From contig JACOWW010000005.1 of the NCBI GenBank assembly GCA_016176605.1, positions 127-64,126 on the forward strand: a DNA stretch of 64,000 bases. The letters are read 5' to 3'. Of the stretch, positions 13,520 through 23,149 are shown piece after piece (the first letter of the stretch is position 1; each line of letters opens with the position of its first letter). Under the pieces are notes generated by a model. It did no database searches, was not told the DNA's origin, and saw only the letters and a program-made list of their open reading frames with translations. Both the position numbers and the translations under genes were made by a program. This stretch comes from Candidatus Saccharimonadota bacterium. Its GTDB lineage: Bacteria; Patescibacteriota; Saccharimonadia; Saccharimonadales; UBA10212.

Positions 13520-13605
13520 TGGTGGGCGGGGAGGGACTTGAACCCTCAAGCCTTTTGGGCACAGCATTTTAAGTGCTGCGCGTATACCTGTTCCGCCACC
13601 CGCCC
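13520..13605 (-). tRNA. tRNA-Leu(TAA)
   Basis: CAGCA-CT-TAA-AA-TGCTG, variable arm, CCA. Confidence 0.95.
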
Positions 13606-13607
13606 GG

Positions 13608-13681
13608 TGGAGGCGCGTACGAGAGTTGCACTCGTGTTGAAGCTTTTGCAGAGCTTTGCCTAACTCCTCGGCCAACGCGCC
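13608..13681 (-). tRNA. tRNA-Cys(GCA)
   Basis: AAGCT-CT-GCA-AA-AGCTT; U73; T-loop TGCAACT; CCA. Confidence 0.9.
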
Positions 13682-13749
13682 TTAAACATAGTATATACTA
13701 CTATAATTTTGTTATGGTAAAGACGAAATTACTCCATTATAATTAGAGT

Positions 13750-14250
13750 ATGCCGAAAAAACGTTCTTGGACAGATAACCAGCTTATCGAAGCCGTAACA
13801 AGATGTAAAAGCTACCGAAGTGTTTTAATTGAATTGAAGCTTATACCTGCTGGTGGTAATTATGATCAAATAAAGCGCCGCGTAAAAGAATTGCAAATTT
13901 CTACAGACCATTTTACCGGAAAAGGTTGGAATGTTGGAGGAATGTTTATTCCCAGGCCTGCACCACCCGTGGAAATTTTACTGGTGGAGAATAGTGATGT
14001 GCAGAGTTACAAACTCAAGGCGAAGCTCTTCGCTAAAGACCTGAAAAAACCCAAATGCGAACTATGTGGATGGGCTGAAGAAGCTCCAGATGGCAGAATT
14101 CCAGTGGAACTTGATCATGTTAATGGAGTTCGCAGAGACAATCGGTTAGAGAACTTGCGTATACTTTGTCCAAATTGCCATAGCTTGCAGCCAACACATC
14201 GAGGGAAGAACAAGAAAGTAAGCTTATCAAATTTAATAGCGGCTGAATAA
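13750..14250 (+). CDS. HNH endonuclease
   Basis: CELCG...ELDHVNG...DNRLENLRILCPNCH. Confidence 0.92.
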   Translation: MPKKRSWTDNQLIEAVTRCKSYRSVLIELKLIPAGGNYDQIKRRVKELQISTDHFTGKGWNVGGMFIPRPAPPVEILLVENSDVQSYKLKAKLFAKDLKKPKCELCGWAEEAPDGRIPVELDHVNGVRRDNRLENLRILCPNCHSLQPTHRGKNKKVSLSNLIAAE

Positions 14251-14283
14251 GCCTTGTGGGTTCGAATCCCACCTCGCCCACCA
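14241..14283 (+). pseudogene. 3' half of a tRNA-Leu-like gene
   Basis: Variable arm GGCT-GAATA-AGCC, T-arm GTGGG-TTCGAAT-CCCAC, acceptor strand CTCGCCC-A-CCA; no 5' half seen. Confidence 0.8.
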
Positions 14284-14398
14284 CACTTCGCCAAGGCTTC
14301 GTGTGGCAGGCCACACATAGCTTCAAGCGGTGGTGGAAGCAGGCCACGCATGAGAAATGCGAAGTGCGCCGCCCGTAGCTTTAGCGAAGGGTGGCTTA

Positions 14399-16204
14399 TT
14401 ATTTAATAGCTTGGCGTTTTTGGCGGACCATCCAATTTTCGACATTATAAAAGCGGTCCGCCGCTCCATTATCTACTTTGCGGTCATAACCGTAGACTGG
14501 ACCGCGGGTAACGTATATATAGTTTGGTTGATAAAGGGCCAACGCCGGAACATCTGTAGTCCAGGCAGTCAAAAAAGCTTTGTACTTAACCTCACGGACG
14601 GCATTATCTGTCCGGGTTCGTCCAGCCTCTAAAGCCTCATCGGCAGACGAGGATTTGTATTCACTCAGATTGGAATGTCCTTGTGAGGTAATACTAGCCT
14701 GCGAGCTATCCCAGTAAGCAAAGACATCCGGGTCAGCGCCAATATTTATGCCGTATACCAAAATGTCATAATCATGCGTGGCGACAACCTGGCCCTGCAA
14801 ATCATCGCCGCTGTAGTAAGTGAGATTAATTTTGACGCCTAATTTCTCCCATTGCTGCTGCAAATATTGAGACGTTAAAGAGTACTGCCGAGTATCTTGC
14901 GAGCGCAACGTGAATTCCAAAACCTTACCGTCTTTGTAACGTAGATTCTTATCTCCGCGTTTGTAGCCAGCTTGGTCCAGCAGCTGGTTGGCTTCATCGT
15001 AGTTGTAGCCGCGCTGGATAATATCGGGATTATAGCCTACTTGTCCCCGCAAAATCGGGCTATCTACCAACCCCGTGGGCTGGCCGGCTATAGTGACCAG
15101 CTGTTGCCTATCAACCCCCGAAGCCAGAGCTTTGCGGACGAGGGCCTCTGCCAGCGCACCGCGCGAATTATTAAAAAAAGCCATCACGATACTGGTCAAC
15201 GGCGTGGTATAAGCTTGCACACCTTTATCATTTTTCAGTTCATCCGGTATGGCTTCCAGGCCGCTCATAGCACTGACCTGCTTTTTTTTAAAGGCCGCTA
15301 TAAGCAGCTTTTCATCGCCATAAGTAATTAAATTAAAGCCATCTAATTTTGGCCTGCCGCCCCCGTATTTATCAAAAGCCGCCAGCGTAATTCTTTGTTG
15401 CCGGTCAGTAGTAGGACTGCCCAAAACTTCGACAAACTTCCATTCAAACGGCCCAGCGCCCACCGGCGCTGCATTAAACGGCGAACTCCTAAGAGAGGCC
15501 GCCGGAATATCTTTAAGCAAATGCTCTGGAATAATGCCGCCTGTCAGTGAGTGCGGGAATGAAGCCAGCGGGTTGGGCAAATCAAAGTTGACGGTGTGAT
15601 CGTCTGGCGCTGAAACATCTATATCCTTCCAGGCGTTATAAAGTGATGATTGGGCTTCAATATTTTTAATAGTGTTATATGTAAAGACAACGTCAGCCGA
15701 TGTCAGCGGTTTAGTGTCGTGCCAAGCCAGGTTTTTTTTAAGATGCACTGTGTAGTGCGTTGGAGCCGGCCCCATTGTCCAGTCCTGGGCTAAATTTCCC
15801 ACTAAATTATTAGCGTTATCGTATTTGAGCAGGCCGGCAAAAACTAATCGGCTGATGGCAGAATCGGGCGCACTGGAAGCATAAAGCGGATTAGCATTGG
15901 TAAAGGTGCCGACAATACCCTCGGTGTAGATACCGCCCGGCACCGGTTGCATTGATTGGTAGTAGGGCGAAAGCGCCCGCGATTGGAAAAAGGTTGCCAA
16001 AATGAGCACCACGAACAGTAAAGTCCACAAAAAAACAAAGCGGCGGACTGATAGTAAGCGGTCAAAACGCCTCAGTAACAGTTTTTCGATCTGTTGGTCG
16101 GCAGCCTGCGAGAACTCCAGCGCGCCGCGGCGGCTTTTACGAAATCCCCGGCGCCAGCCTTGCCTGCCGGCCGGCAGGCGCTTTTTGGTCGCGTCATCCA
16201 CCAT
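14399..16204 (-). CDS. Peptide/nickel ABC transporter substrate-binding protein (family 5)
   Basis: GLL, 'WHD.KPLTSADVVFT', 'PVGAGPF' motifs; N-terminal TM anchor. Confidence 0.9.
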   Translation of the reverse strand: MVDDATKKRLPAGRQGWRRGFRKSRRGALEFSQAADQQIEKLLLRRFDRLLSVRRFVFLWTLLFVVLILATFFQSRALSPYYQSMQPVPGGIYTEGIVGTFTNANPLYASSAPDSAISRLVFAGLLKYDNANNLVGNLAQDWTMGPAPTHYTVHLKKNLAWHDTKPLTSADVVFTYNTIKNIEAQSSLYNAWKDIDVSAPDDHTVNFDLPNPLASFPHSLTGGIIPEHLLKDIPAASLRSSPFNAAPVGAGPFEWKFVEVLGSPTTDRQQRITLAAFDKYGGGRPKLDGFNLITYGDEKLLIAAFKKKQVSAMSGLEAIPDELKNDKGVQAYTTPLTSIVMAFFNNSRGALAEALVRKALASGVDRQQLVTIAGQPTGLVDSPILRGQVGYNPDIIQRGYNYDEANQLLDQAGYKRGDKNLRYKDGKVLEFTLRSQDTRQYSLTSQYLQQQWEKLGVKINLTYYSGDDLQGQVVATHDYDILVYGINIGADPDVFAYWDSSQASITSQGHSNLSEYKSSSADEALEAGRTRTDNAVREVKYKAFLTAWTTDVPALALYQPNYIYVTRGPVYGYDRKVDNGAADRFYNVENWMVRQKRQAIK

Positions 16205-16229
16205 CTATACTCGCTCCATTGATGGTCTA

Positions 16230-16445
16230 CTACTGGGCGACAATTGTTATCAAAATGCTAGCAGCAAAGATAAAAACTAAGATGATAGTCAGCTGGTGCA
16301 ATGTTTTGTCTGACCCGCGCCGAATGGTGTTGACTTCGCCGCTACCGCCCAAACCGGCCCCCAAGCTAGCGCCCCGTGTTTGAATCAAGATCAAAATTAT
16401 CAGCAGCACGACCGAGACGATGGTTACATAATTCCAAATATTCAC
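16230..16445 (-). CDS. secG: Preprotein translocase subunit SecG
   Basis: ILIQTRGASLGAGLGG, RRGSDKTL, two TMs. Confidence 0.9.
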   Translation of the reverse strand: MNIWNYVTIVSVVLLIILILIQTRGASLGAGLGGSGEVNTIRRGSDKTLHQLTIILVFIFAASILITIVAQ

Positions 16446-16660
16446 AACGCACCTCCGGCGCCATTAACCATTTTCGATTTACCTTTTACCCCAGCATTAA
16501 AGCTTGATGTTCCATAATCTGATTGCAGACTACTCCACTCAGGTTCTAATGCGGGGCAAGCCATACATTTACCATTAACTATTAACCATTGATCGTGGAT
16601 AACGGAAAACGGATAACGCACGGTAAATGGTGAAAGGTGAACGGTCAACGGTTGATTCAT
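16442..16660 (-). repeat. Heptamer-repeat spacer element with a coupled 72-aa mini-ORF and nested 70-bp repeat (16489-16561)
   Basis: CCATTAA/CTATTAA/CCATTGA and CGGTAAA/TGGTGAA/AGGTGAA heptamers; 4-nt overlaps with both neighbouring genes. Confidence 0.8.
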
Positions 16661-17040
16661 GTTTCCTCCATAATTTTGGTTACCAAGAAGTTAACCAACC
16701 CAACAATTATACCAGTAACAATGGCCACGCCGAGGTTTTTGACGTACAAAGGATCGTATAACCAGCTGGCAATTAAAATCAAAAAGCCGTTTAGCACCAG
16801 CATGAACAGTCCAAGGCTGAAGATGATGGCCGGGAAAGATAGGATAACTAAAATCGGCTTTAGCGCCATGTTGACTAAGGCCAAGAAGAACCCAGCGCCA
16901 ATTACCGTACCAACACCTATGCCTACGCTCAACCGGTCAGGCCCCAGTAGTGAAGCGGCGATCCACAGTCCAAGTCCAGAAATAATCCAGCGGACAAAGA
17001 AATGCGTTAAGAAATGCTGCATTTGCTCTAATTGTATCAA
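16657..17040 (-). CDS. YvlD/4-TMS holin-like membrane protein (Phage_holin_4_2)
   Basis: 'LVN.ALKPIL.ILSFP.....SLGLF.LVLNG' motif; true start may be about 17022. Confidence 0.85.
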   Translation of the reverse strand: MIQLEQMQHFLTHFFVRWIISGLGLWIAASLLGPDRLSVGIGVGTVIGAGFFLALVNMALKPILVILSFPAIIFSLGLFMLVLNGFLILIASWLYDPLYVKNLGVAIVTGIIVGLVNFLVTKIMEET

Positions 17041-17043
17041 AGG

Positions 17044-17239
17044 CGCTTGCCCTTATCTTTTTTCGGCCGCTGCCTCACCGTGAGTAGCTGTTGGTCAAAA
17101 CCGAGCTCGCCTTTGGAACTCCTCCCCCGACGTATCGTCGGGGTTCGTCAAACATCCAAAGGAGGCCAAGCCCGCTCAGTTTTGACAACATCTAATCAGG
17201 GCTCGTTAGATGTCCGAAAAAAGCTAGGGCTTGCTTGGT
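17044..17239 (+). repeat. Long hairpin element with GCGCTYRC...GCTYGCT ends
   Basis: GCCCT..CTTTTTTCGG / CCGAAAAAAG..AGGGC closing stem with inner hairpins. Confidence 0.65.
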
Positions 17240-18696
17240 TATTTCATGACAGCGAAGTATTTTGCTAAGGCTTTGGCCATTTTGGGGCCTATTACCTGTC
17301 TTAGGTCGGCTTTACTGGCGACTACCACACCACGCGTCGAGCCAAATCGTTTAATAAGCTTTTTGCGCGTTACCGGCCCGATGCCCGGTATGTCATCAAG
17401 TTGGCTGGCTGTTTGGCGGTGAGCTCTTAGCGTGCTGTGATAGCTAATAGCAAAACGGTGCGATTCGTCGCGGATGCGCTGCAGTAGCTTCACGAGATGG
17501 GAATTTGCTGGCAAATTAATCACTTCATAAGTATTATTTTTCGAGATAATTACTTCTTCGAAGCGTTTGGCTAGGCCAATCATCGGAATTTGCGATAGAT
17601 TCGCATTATTTCTGGCTTGCATGGCAGCGGATAATTGCCCTTTACCGCCGTCAATTAAAACCAGGTCCGGTATTCCCCATTTTCTGCGATTTACTTCGCG
17701 AAAACGCCTGCTAACGGCTTCACGCATGTGGGCAAAGTCATCGTTGCCAGGCAGTCTCATTTTGAATTTGCGGTAATCGGTTTTGCACGGCACGCCATTT
17801 ATAAAAACCACCAGGCTGGCTGTTGTATCCGTGCCTTGGATATGGCTGATATCAAAACCTTCTATCCTCCTCGGCGGTTCTTTAAGTTTGAGCAGTTGAG
17901 TCAACTCGGTAAGCGCCAGGTCCTTGCTAGCGTCCAGCGTCTCGTGGTCGGAAAATATTACTTGGCGATTTAATGCTTGCAGTGAGAACAGTTGGTTGCG
18001 CAGTTTGGCGGCAGTTTCAAAATCTTTGGCTTTAGCCGCTCGTTTCATATCTCGCCCGATTTCACGCACCAAAGCCACCCGATTACCGCGCAGATATTGC
18101 ATCAGCTTACGAAGGTTAGCGCGGTAATCTTCCAAGCTAGTCCGGTCCTCTTCCAGCCCCGGATCCAAGCCCAAATGGTAATGCAAGCTGGCCCTCCGCC
18201 GGCTGGCGGATTGGTTAAGCGGCTTAGAAATGGCGTAGGGGAAGGCCCGGCGTAAGAAACGCAAGGCTTTTTTGACTTCGAAGGTACTTATATATGGCCC
18301 AAAATACTGCGCGCCGTCATCCAGCGGCCGGCGGCTAAATGTGACAGTTGGGTAATCACTTTTATAATCAATCCGTACGTAGCTCAGGCTTTTATCATCG
18401 CGCAATAAGATGTTATAAGGCGGCATGTAGCGCCGCACCATTTCGGCCTCTAAAAACAGCGCGTCAACTTCGGTTTCGACCGGCGTCCAATCAATGTCAG
18501 CAACTTCCTTAATCAGAGCGGCTGTTTTTGCGTCAGCAACCCTGAGCGAAGTCGAAGGGTGGAAATATTGGCGTACCCGATTGCGAAGGTTTGCCGCCTT
18601 GCCAATATAAATAATCTCCCCAGCGGCATTTTTATGAAAATACACCCCGGGCGAACTCGGTAGCTTGGCTAATTTATTCTCCAGTTTCTTACTCAT
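17239..18696 (-). CDS. uvrC: Excinuclease ABC subunit C
   Basis: GIY-YIG (PGVY..IYIGKA), UVR, RIEGFDIS, DGGKGQ, RDESHRFA, HhH. Confidence 0.95.
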   Translation of the reverse strand: MSKKLENKLAKLPSSPGVYFHKNAAGEIIYIGKAANLRNRVRQYFHPSTSLRVADAKTAALIKEVADIDWTPVETEVDALFLEAEMVRRYMPPYNILLRDDKSLSYVRIDYKSDYPTVTFSRRPLDDGAQYFGPYISTFEVKKALRFLRRAFPYAISKPLNQSASRRRASLHYHLGLDPGLEEDRTSLEDYRANLRKLMQYLRGNRVALVREIGRDMKRAAKAKDFETAAKLRNQLFSLQALNRQVIFSDHETLDASKDLALTELTQLLKLKEPPRRIEGFDISHIQGTDTTASLVVFINGVPCKTDYRKFKMRLPGNDDFAHMREAVSRRFREVNRRKWGIPDLVLIDGGKGQLSAAMQARNNANLSQIPMIGLAKRFEEVIISKNNTYEVINLPANSHLVKLLQRIRDESHRFAISYHSTLRAHRQTASQLDDIPGIGPVTRKKLIKRFGSTRGVVVASKADLRQVIGPKMAKALAKYFAVMK

Positions 18697-18793
18697 ATTT
18701 GCTCCAATATGATAACAAAGGTTTGTCACCTTAAACGTAAGGTGTTATTATTTAGCGGACTATTAACTAACAGGAAGAAAGGAGCAGCCAAAA

Positions 18794-18847
18794 ATGAAAA
18801 TTGAAAAATATTACCTAGCAGACCTGGTTGCTCCAGCAGCCTGTTAA
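18794..18847 (+). promoter_or_regulatory. Putative leader peptide MKIEKYYLADLVAPAAC
   Basis: AAAGGAG RBS; 17-codon uORF 65 nt upstream of the ABC exporter. Confidence 0.5.
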
Positions 18848-18912
18848 CTGCTTTAATAAACACTTCTTCAACAAAAATTTGCTATTTAACGCGCGACTAG
18901 GAGGCCGCGCCC

Positions 18913-20694
18913 ATGGAACAAGAACGTAACGTCAAGGCCGTAAGGTTGGCCGTAAAACATTACTGGCAACAGGTCCTGCATGATTGGTATCTGGCAGGGC
19001 CAGCTTTGATATTGCCTGGCCTTGGCAATATCCTTGGTTTTTATGTACCGCCACTTATTGTCGCCAAAATTCTTGCTAACTACGCAGGTGGGATCCATCC
19101 GACCATAGGCAACCTTATCCCATATATAGCCTTATTTGCCGGACTATGGCTAGTGGGCGAAGCGTTGTGGCGGATAGCCCTGCTGCTGCTTAGCCGGACC
19201 GAAACCCGTGGCATGAAGCGTCTTTATATACAGGCTATGGAATATTTATTCGCTAAAGACCAGGCTTTCTTTAACAGCAATTTCGCCGGATCGCTGACAA
19301 AGAAAGCCATCGGTTTTGGCAGGCGTTACGAAGATATCATGGACACTATGGCTTTTTCTGTAACCTCCGCTTTAATTCCTATATTTTTTGCCGGTTTTAT
19401 TTTGTGGGGTTATTCTCCATGGCTAGTCGTCGCCTTGGTCGGTCTGCTTATTTTTGCCGGCCTTATTGCCGCACCGCTGATCCGGCGCCGGCAGAAACTG
19501 GTAACCAAAAGAGAAGCTGCCAGTAATGTCATGGCCGGTAATATTGCCGATACTATTGCCAATATGGCAACTGTGCGTTCATTCGCCCAGGAAAAATACG
19601 AAGCCAAAAGGCATCGCCTAAACGCCGAGGATTACATGTCCAAGACCCTAAAGGCTTGGGACTACAATACTCTGAGAATAGAAATGGTCCTTTCGCCGCT
19701 TTTTGTCTTTACTAACGCCGTCGGCCTTATTATTGCGCTGGCCTTAAGCGCTAATGGCTCTATTAATATTGAAGCTGTCTTCGTGTCGTTCAGCTACTTT
19801 GCCCAAATAAGCGGCGTAATGTGGAAATTTAACCAGATATACCGCAATGTTGAGTCAGCTATCACCGATGCAGCCCAGTTCACCGAACTGCTGATTGAAG
19901 CCCCGGCTGTGAACGATGTTGAGGACTCTAGCAATTTCAAGCCGCGCAAAGGCCTCGTTGAGTTCAAGGATGTGACCTTTCAGTATTCTGACAGTGCCGG
20001 TAAACACTTATTTCGGAATTTAAACCTGTCTATAAAAGAGGGCGAAAAGGTTGCTTTAGTCGGCCATTCAGGAGGCGGCAAGACTACCATAACGATGCTT
20101 TTGCTGCGTTTCATGGATATCGATAGCGGCCAAATCCTGATTGACGGCCAAGACATAGCCAAGACTAAACAACGCCAGTTGCGGGCGGCGATTGGTTATG
20201 TCCCGCAGGACCCGGCGCTTTTTCACCGAACTTTATCCGAAAACATCCGCTACGGCAGATTTGGAGCGCTTGAACAAGAAGTAGTGCGGGTTGCGAAGAT
20301 GGCTCACGCCCATGAATTTATAAAGGAGCTCCCTTACGGTTACGAAACTATGGTTGGCGAGCGCGGCGTTAAGCTTTCTGGCGGCCAAAGACAGCGGATA
20401 GCCATTGCCCGGGCCATGCTTAAAGACGCGCCTATTTTGGTGTTAGATGAGGCCACAAGTGCGCTTGACTCAGAAAGCGAGAAACTCATCCAGGCCGGCC
20501 TTTGGAAACTTATGGAAGGCCGGACAGCCATTGTCATCGCCCACCGTTTAAGCACCATCCAGCGTATGGATAGAATAGTAGTTTTGGAAGAAGGAAAAAT
20601 CGTCGAGGAAGGTTCGCATAAAGAACTACTGGAAAAAGACGGAGTCTACGCTAAACTGTGGGCCCACCAATCCGGCGGCTTCTTAGAAGACTAG
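18913..20694 (+). CDS. ABC exporter, fused TMD and NBD
   Basis: GHSGGGKT, LSGGQRQR, LVLDEATSALD, AHRLST. Confidence 0.95.
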   Translation: MEQERNVKAVRLAVKHYWQQVLHDWYLAGPALILPGLGNILGFYVPPLIVAKILANYAGGIHPTIGNLIPYIALFAGLWLVGEALWRIALLLLSRTETRGMKRLYIQAMEYLFAKDQAFFNSNFAGSLTKKAIGFGRRYEDIMDTMAFSVTSALIPIFFAGFILWGYSPWLVVALVGLLIFAGLIAAPLIRRRQKLVTKREAASNVMAGNIADTIANMATVRSFAQEKYEAKRHRLNAEDYMSKTLKAWDYNTLRIEMVLSPLFVFTNAVGLIIALALSANGSINIEAVFVSFSYFAQISGVMWKFNQIYRNVESAITDAAQFTELLIEAPAVNDVEDSSNFKPRKGLVEFKDVTFQYSDSAGKHLFRNLNLSIKEGEKVALVGHSGGGKTTITMLLLRFMDIDSGQILIDGQDIAKTKQRQLRAAIGYVPQDPALFHRTLSENIRYGRFGALEQEVVRVAKMAHAHEFIKELPYGYETMVGERGVKLSGGQRQRIAIARAMLKDAPILVLDEATSALDSESEKLIQAGLWKLMEGRTAIVIAHRLSTIQRMDRIVVLEEGKIVEEGSHKELLEKDGVYAKLWAHQSGGFLED

Positions 20695-20816
20695 CGCTCG
20701 CACCATTCAAAAAAGTGTGCGTTGCGCCGCCGGGTTGCCCGCCGCCCGCAGGTCCGGTCAACTCGGGTCTGCACTCCGCAGAAACACACTTTTTTGAATG
20801 GAGCTCGCTTGTCAGC
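20695..20816 (+). repeat. Long hairpin element with GCGCTCGC...GCTCGCT ends (may also terminate transcription)
   Basis: 17-bp perfect stem CCATTCAAAAAAGTGTG/CACACTTTTTTGAATGG. Confidence 0.7.
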
Positions 20817-20831
20817 TAAATACTTAACAAA

Positions 20832-21284
20832 TTAAATATTTTTGTTGAGGGTGGAGTCGAAGAAATTTTGGCCAGACTTGATGGCTTCAAGATAATGGCT
20901 AACAACAGGAAAAATAGGACTCGGCAGTTTATTAAGCGGGAACCATTGCCAAAGCTCAACTTCGTCCAGGCCGCTATCGTCAGGCTCGCCACTTATCCAA
21001 TCCGCCACGAAACTAACGTCAACATAGTGATTGGGATAAAAGTCCGTAAAATTACAAACCGCCAAAAAGCGCGGTTTACTAATAACTATGCTTCTGCCAG
21101 CCTCTTCGTGGAATTCCCGCAAAGCTGCTTCCAGCAGTGATTCTCCCAGTTCTAAATGACCTCCCCCGGTTCCCCAAAATCCTCCGCCAAGATTTCCTTT
21201 TCGACGGTGCATAAGTACATGACTGCCATCTTTTATGACAATAATTCCTACCCCGACTTTCGGTAAGGAGGTTGAGCTTTTCAT
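20832..21284 (-). CDS. NUDIX hydrolase (NUDT15-like)
   Basis: GGHLELGESLLEAALREFHEEAG Nudix box. Confidence 0.9.
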   Translation of the reverse strand: MKSSTSLPKVGVGIIVIKDGSHVLMHRRKGNLGGGFWGTGGGHLELGESLLEAALREFHEEAGRSIVISKPRFLAVCNFTDFYPNHYVDVSFVADWISGEPDDSGLDEVELWQWFPLNKLPSPIFPVVSHYLEAIKSGQNFFDSTLNKNI

Positions 21285-21296
21285 AAGATATCTAGG

Positions 21297-22019
21297 CTAT
21301 TTTTCTTTTTGGGCTTCTTCAGAAGCGGTGGCTTCGACTTCACCACCTTCTGCGGGTTTGGCTTCGCCTTCAGCGACTTCTTCACCTTCAGCAACGGCAG
21401 CTTCGGCGGCTTGGGCCGCAGCGGCTTCGGCTTCCGCGGCTAGCTCTTCCTCAGATATCATAGCCTTGGTTTCAACGACCCGAGCAATGGGGTGCTCGGC
21501 ATCAGTCAAAATAGTTACACCATCTGGAACAACAAGGTCGGCGACCGTAATTTGATCGTTCAGTTCGGCCAGTTTGCCAGCGTCGACTTTCAACTCGTCA
21601 GGCAGGTCTTTAGGTAAAGCTTCAACTTCAACAGCATCGAGTTGGCGCAAGATCATCAGGCCAACTTTTTCGGCTGGTATTTCGCCCTCTAAGTGGACTG
21701 GTACTTCGGCTTCGACTTTTTCGTCACGGCGGATAGCTTGAAAAACCACATGATCCATGCGGCGTTTAGCTGGATGAAAATGCACATCTTTGATTAAAGC
21801 CAAGAATTTTTGGTCGCCCACATCTAAATTTAAGGGGTGGTGCTTGCCGGCTTCGCGATAAACTTTACCGAGTTCAAGTGCTGGCGCCATGACGTAAATA
21901 GATTCCTGTCCGTGGTTATGAATGACGGCCGGCACCATGCCTTGGGCGCGCAAAGACACCAGTTGTTTGCGGACAACCGTTCTTTGCTGCAACTGCAGTG
22001 GCGCATCTAAATCGGTCAA
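21297..22019 (-). CDS. rplY: 50S ribosomal protein L25/CTC
   Basis: LRAQGMVPAVI, HVVF, VPVHLEGE, acidic tail; TTG start with AAGGAG RBS. Confidence 0.92.
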   Translation of the reverse strand: MTDLDAPLQLQQRTVVRKQLVSLRAQGMVPAVIHNHGQESIYVMAPALELGKVYREAGKHHPLNLDVGDQKFLALIKDVHFHPAKRRMDHVVFQAIRRDEKVEAEVPVHLEGEIPAEKVGLMILRQLDAVEVEALPKDLPDELKVDAGKLAELNDQITVADLVVPDGVTILTDAEHPIARVVETKAMISEEELAAEAEAAAAQAAEAAVAEGEEVAEGEAKPAEGGEVEATASEEAQKEK

Positions 22020-22112
22020 CTAATTTCTCCTTTGCCCGCCTAAACTTCTTCGAAGTTTTTGCGGATAAAATCCCAGGAATTATAACAGATGTTATCAGTA
22101 ATTTAAACTGTT

Positions 22113-22189
22113 ACCCAGCACCTAGTGCCCAGTTGCTTCGCAAGATTATCCGTCTATCTATGGGATAGTCTGGGACCTAGGTGCTGGGT
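22113..22189 (-). repeat. Structured ACCCAGCAC...GTGCTGGGT element, copy B
   Basis: Homolog of 1456-1527 with compensatory stem changes. Confidence 0.75.
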
Positions 22190-22203
22190 TACAATCAAAG
22201 CAA

Positions 22204-22860
22204 ATGTTTTTTGACAGCGAACAAATTATCCAAAGTGGAGGGTTGTTATTAATCGCTTTAATCGTTTTTGCCGAAAGTGGCCTGCTTTTCGGCTTTATAT
22301 TCCCCGGCGACACCCTGCTGCTGGCCGCCGGTTTTTTTGCCGGACAAGGTAAATTACCAATTGTCTGGCTGATAGTTGTCGTAGTAATTGCCGCCGTTCT
22401 TGGCGATAACGTCGGCTACCGTATCGGGCGCCGGCTTGGCCCCAAAGTTTTTAAGCGTAAAAACGGCCTGTTGTTTCGCCGCGAATATATTCAAAAAACG
22501 CAGGCCTTTTATGATCGCCACGGCGGGAAAACAATTGTTTTGGCGCGCTTTGTTGCCTACATTCGAACGTTCGCGCCAGTGGTTGCCGGCATGGGAAAGA
22601 TGCAATGGCAGTTGTTTGCTTTTTACAATTTTTTTGGCGGCTTGCTTTGGGGCATCGGGTTGCCAATGGTCGGTTATTTTATCGGCAGTTCATTCCCCAA
22701 CATTGACAAGTATTTTATCTGGTTTTTGATAATTTCCGCACACATTTTGTTGATAATTGCTCTTTGGCATATTTTTCGCAAGCCAGATACCCGCCGGAAG
22801 TTTGCCGCGATGATAAAAGAAGATTGGCACCATTACTTCAGTCGCAGCCGTAAAGACTAA
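22204..22860 (+). CDS. DedA/VTT family membrane protein
   Basis: FAESG..FPGDTLL, GDNVGY, LARFV..IRTFAP. Confidence 0.93.
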   Translation: MFFDSEQIIQSGGLLLIALIVFAESGLLFGFIFPGDTLLLAAGFFAGQGKLPIVWLIVVVVIAAVLGDNVGYRIGRRLGPKVFKRKNGLLFRREYIQKTQAFYDRHGGKTIVLARFVAYIRTFAPVVAGMGKMQWQLFAFYNFFGGLLWGIGLPMVGYFIGSSFPNIDKYFIWFLIISAHILLIIALWHIFRKPDTRRKFAAMIKEDWHHYFSRSRKD

Positions 22861-23147
22861 TCAGATTTTTTTTGACCGTAAATCATCAAGTGGGCAATAG
22901 TACCAAAAATCAGTTTATCTTCTAAAGGTTGTATCTCCCTTTCGGCCAGCAGTTTCGTCTGTCTAAGCTCTTCTTTCAACGTAAACTTAACAGATTCTTT
23001 TAGCCGAATTAGGCTTTCCGGCGTTTGCTCTGGCAGCAAATCTAAGCGCCACTGCAGTTCCTGATCGCTAACCAAAGGATTATTCTGCTTTAATTGGGCA
23101 ATTTCCAAATCACAAACTAACCCAGTAGTACGCTCTATATTCAACAT
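22857..23147 (-). CDS. Hypothetical protein
   Basis: 96-aa ORF directly after uvrA. Confidence 0.5.
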   Translation of the reverse strand: MLNIERTTGLVCDLEIAQLKQNNPLVSDQELQWRLDLLPEQTPESLIRLKESVKFTLKEELRQTKLLAEREIQPLEDKLIFGTIAHLMIYGQKKSD

Positions 23148-23149
23148 TT

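Noticed and set aside
13682..14283. HNH-containing intron inside a tRNA-Leu
   Set aside because: No 5' exon and no room for a group I core upstream of the HNH start.
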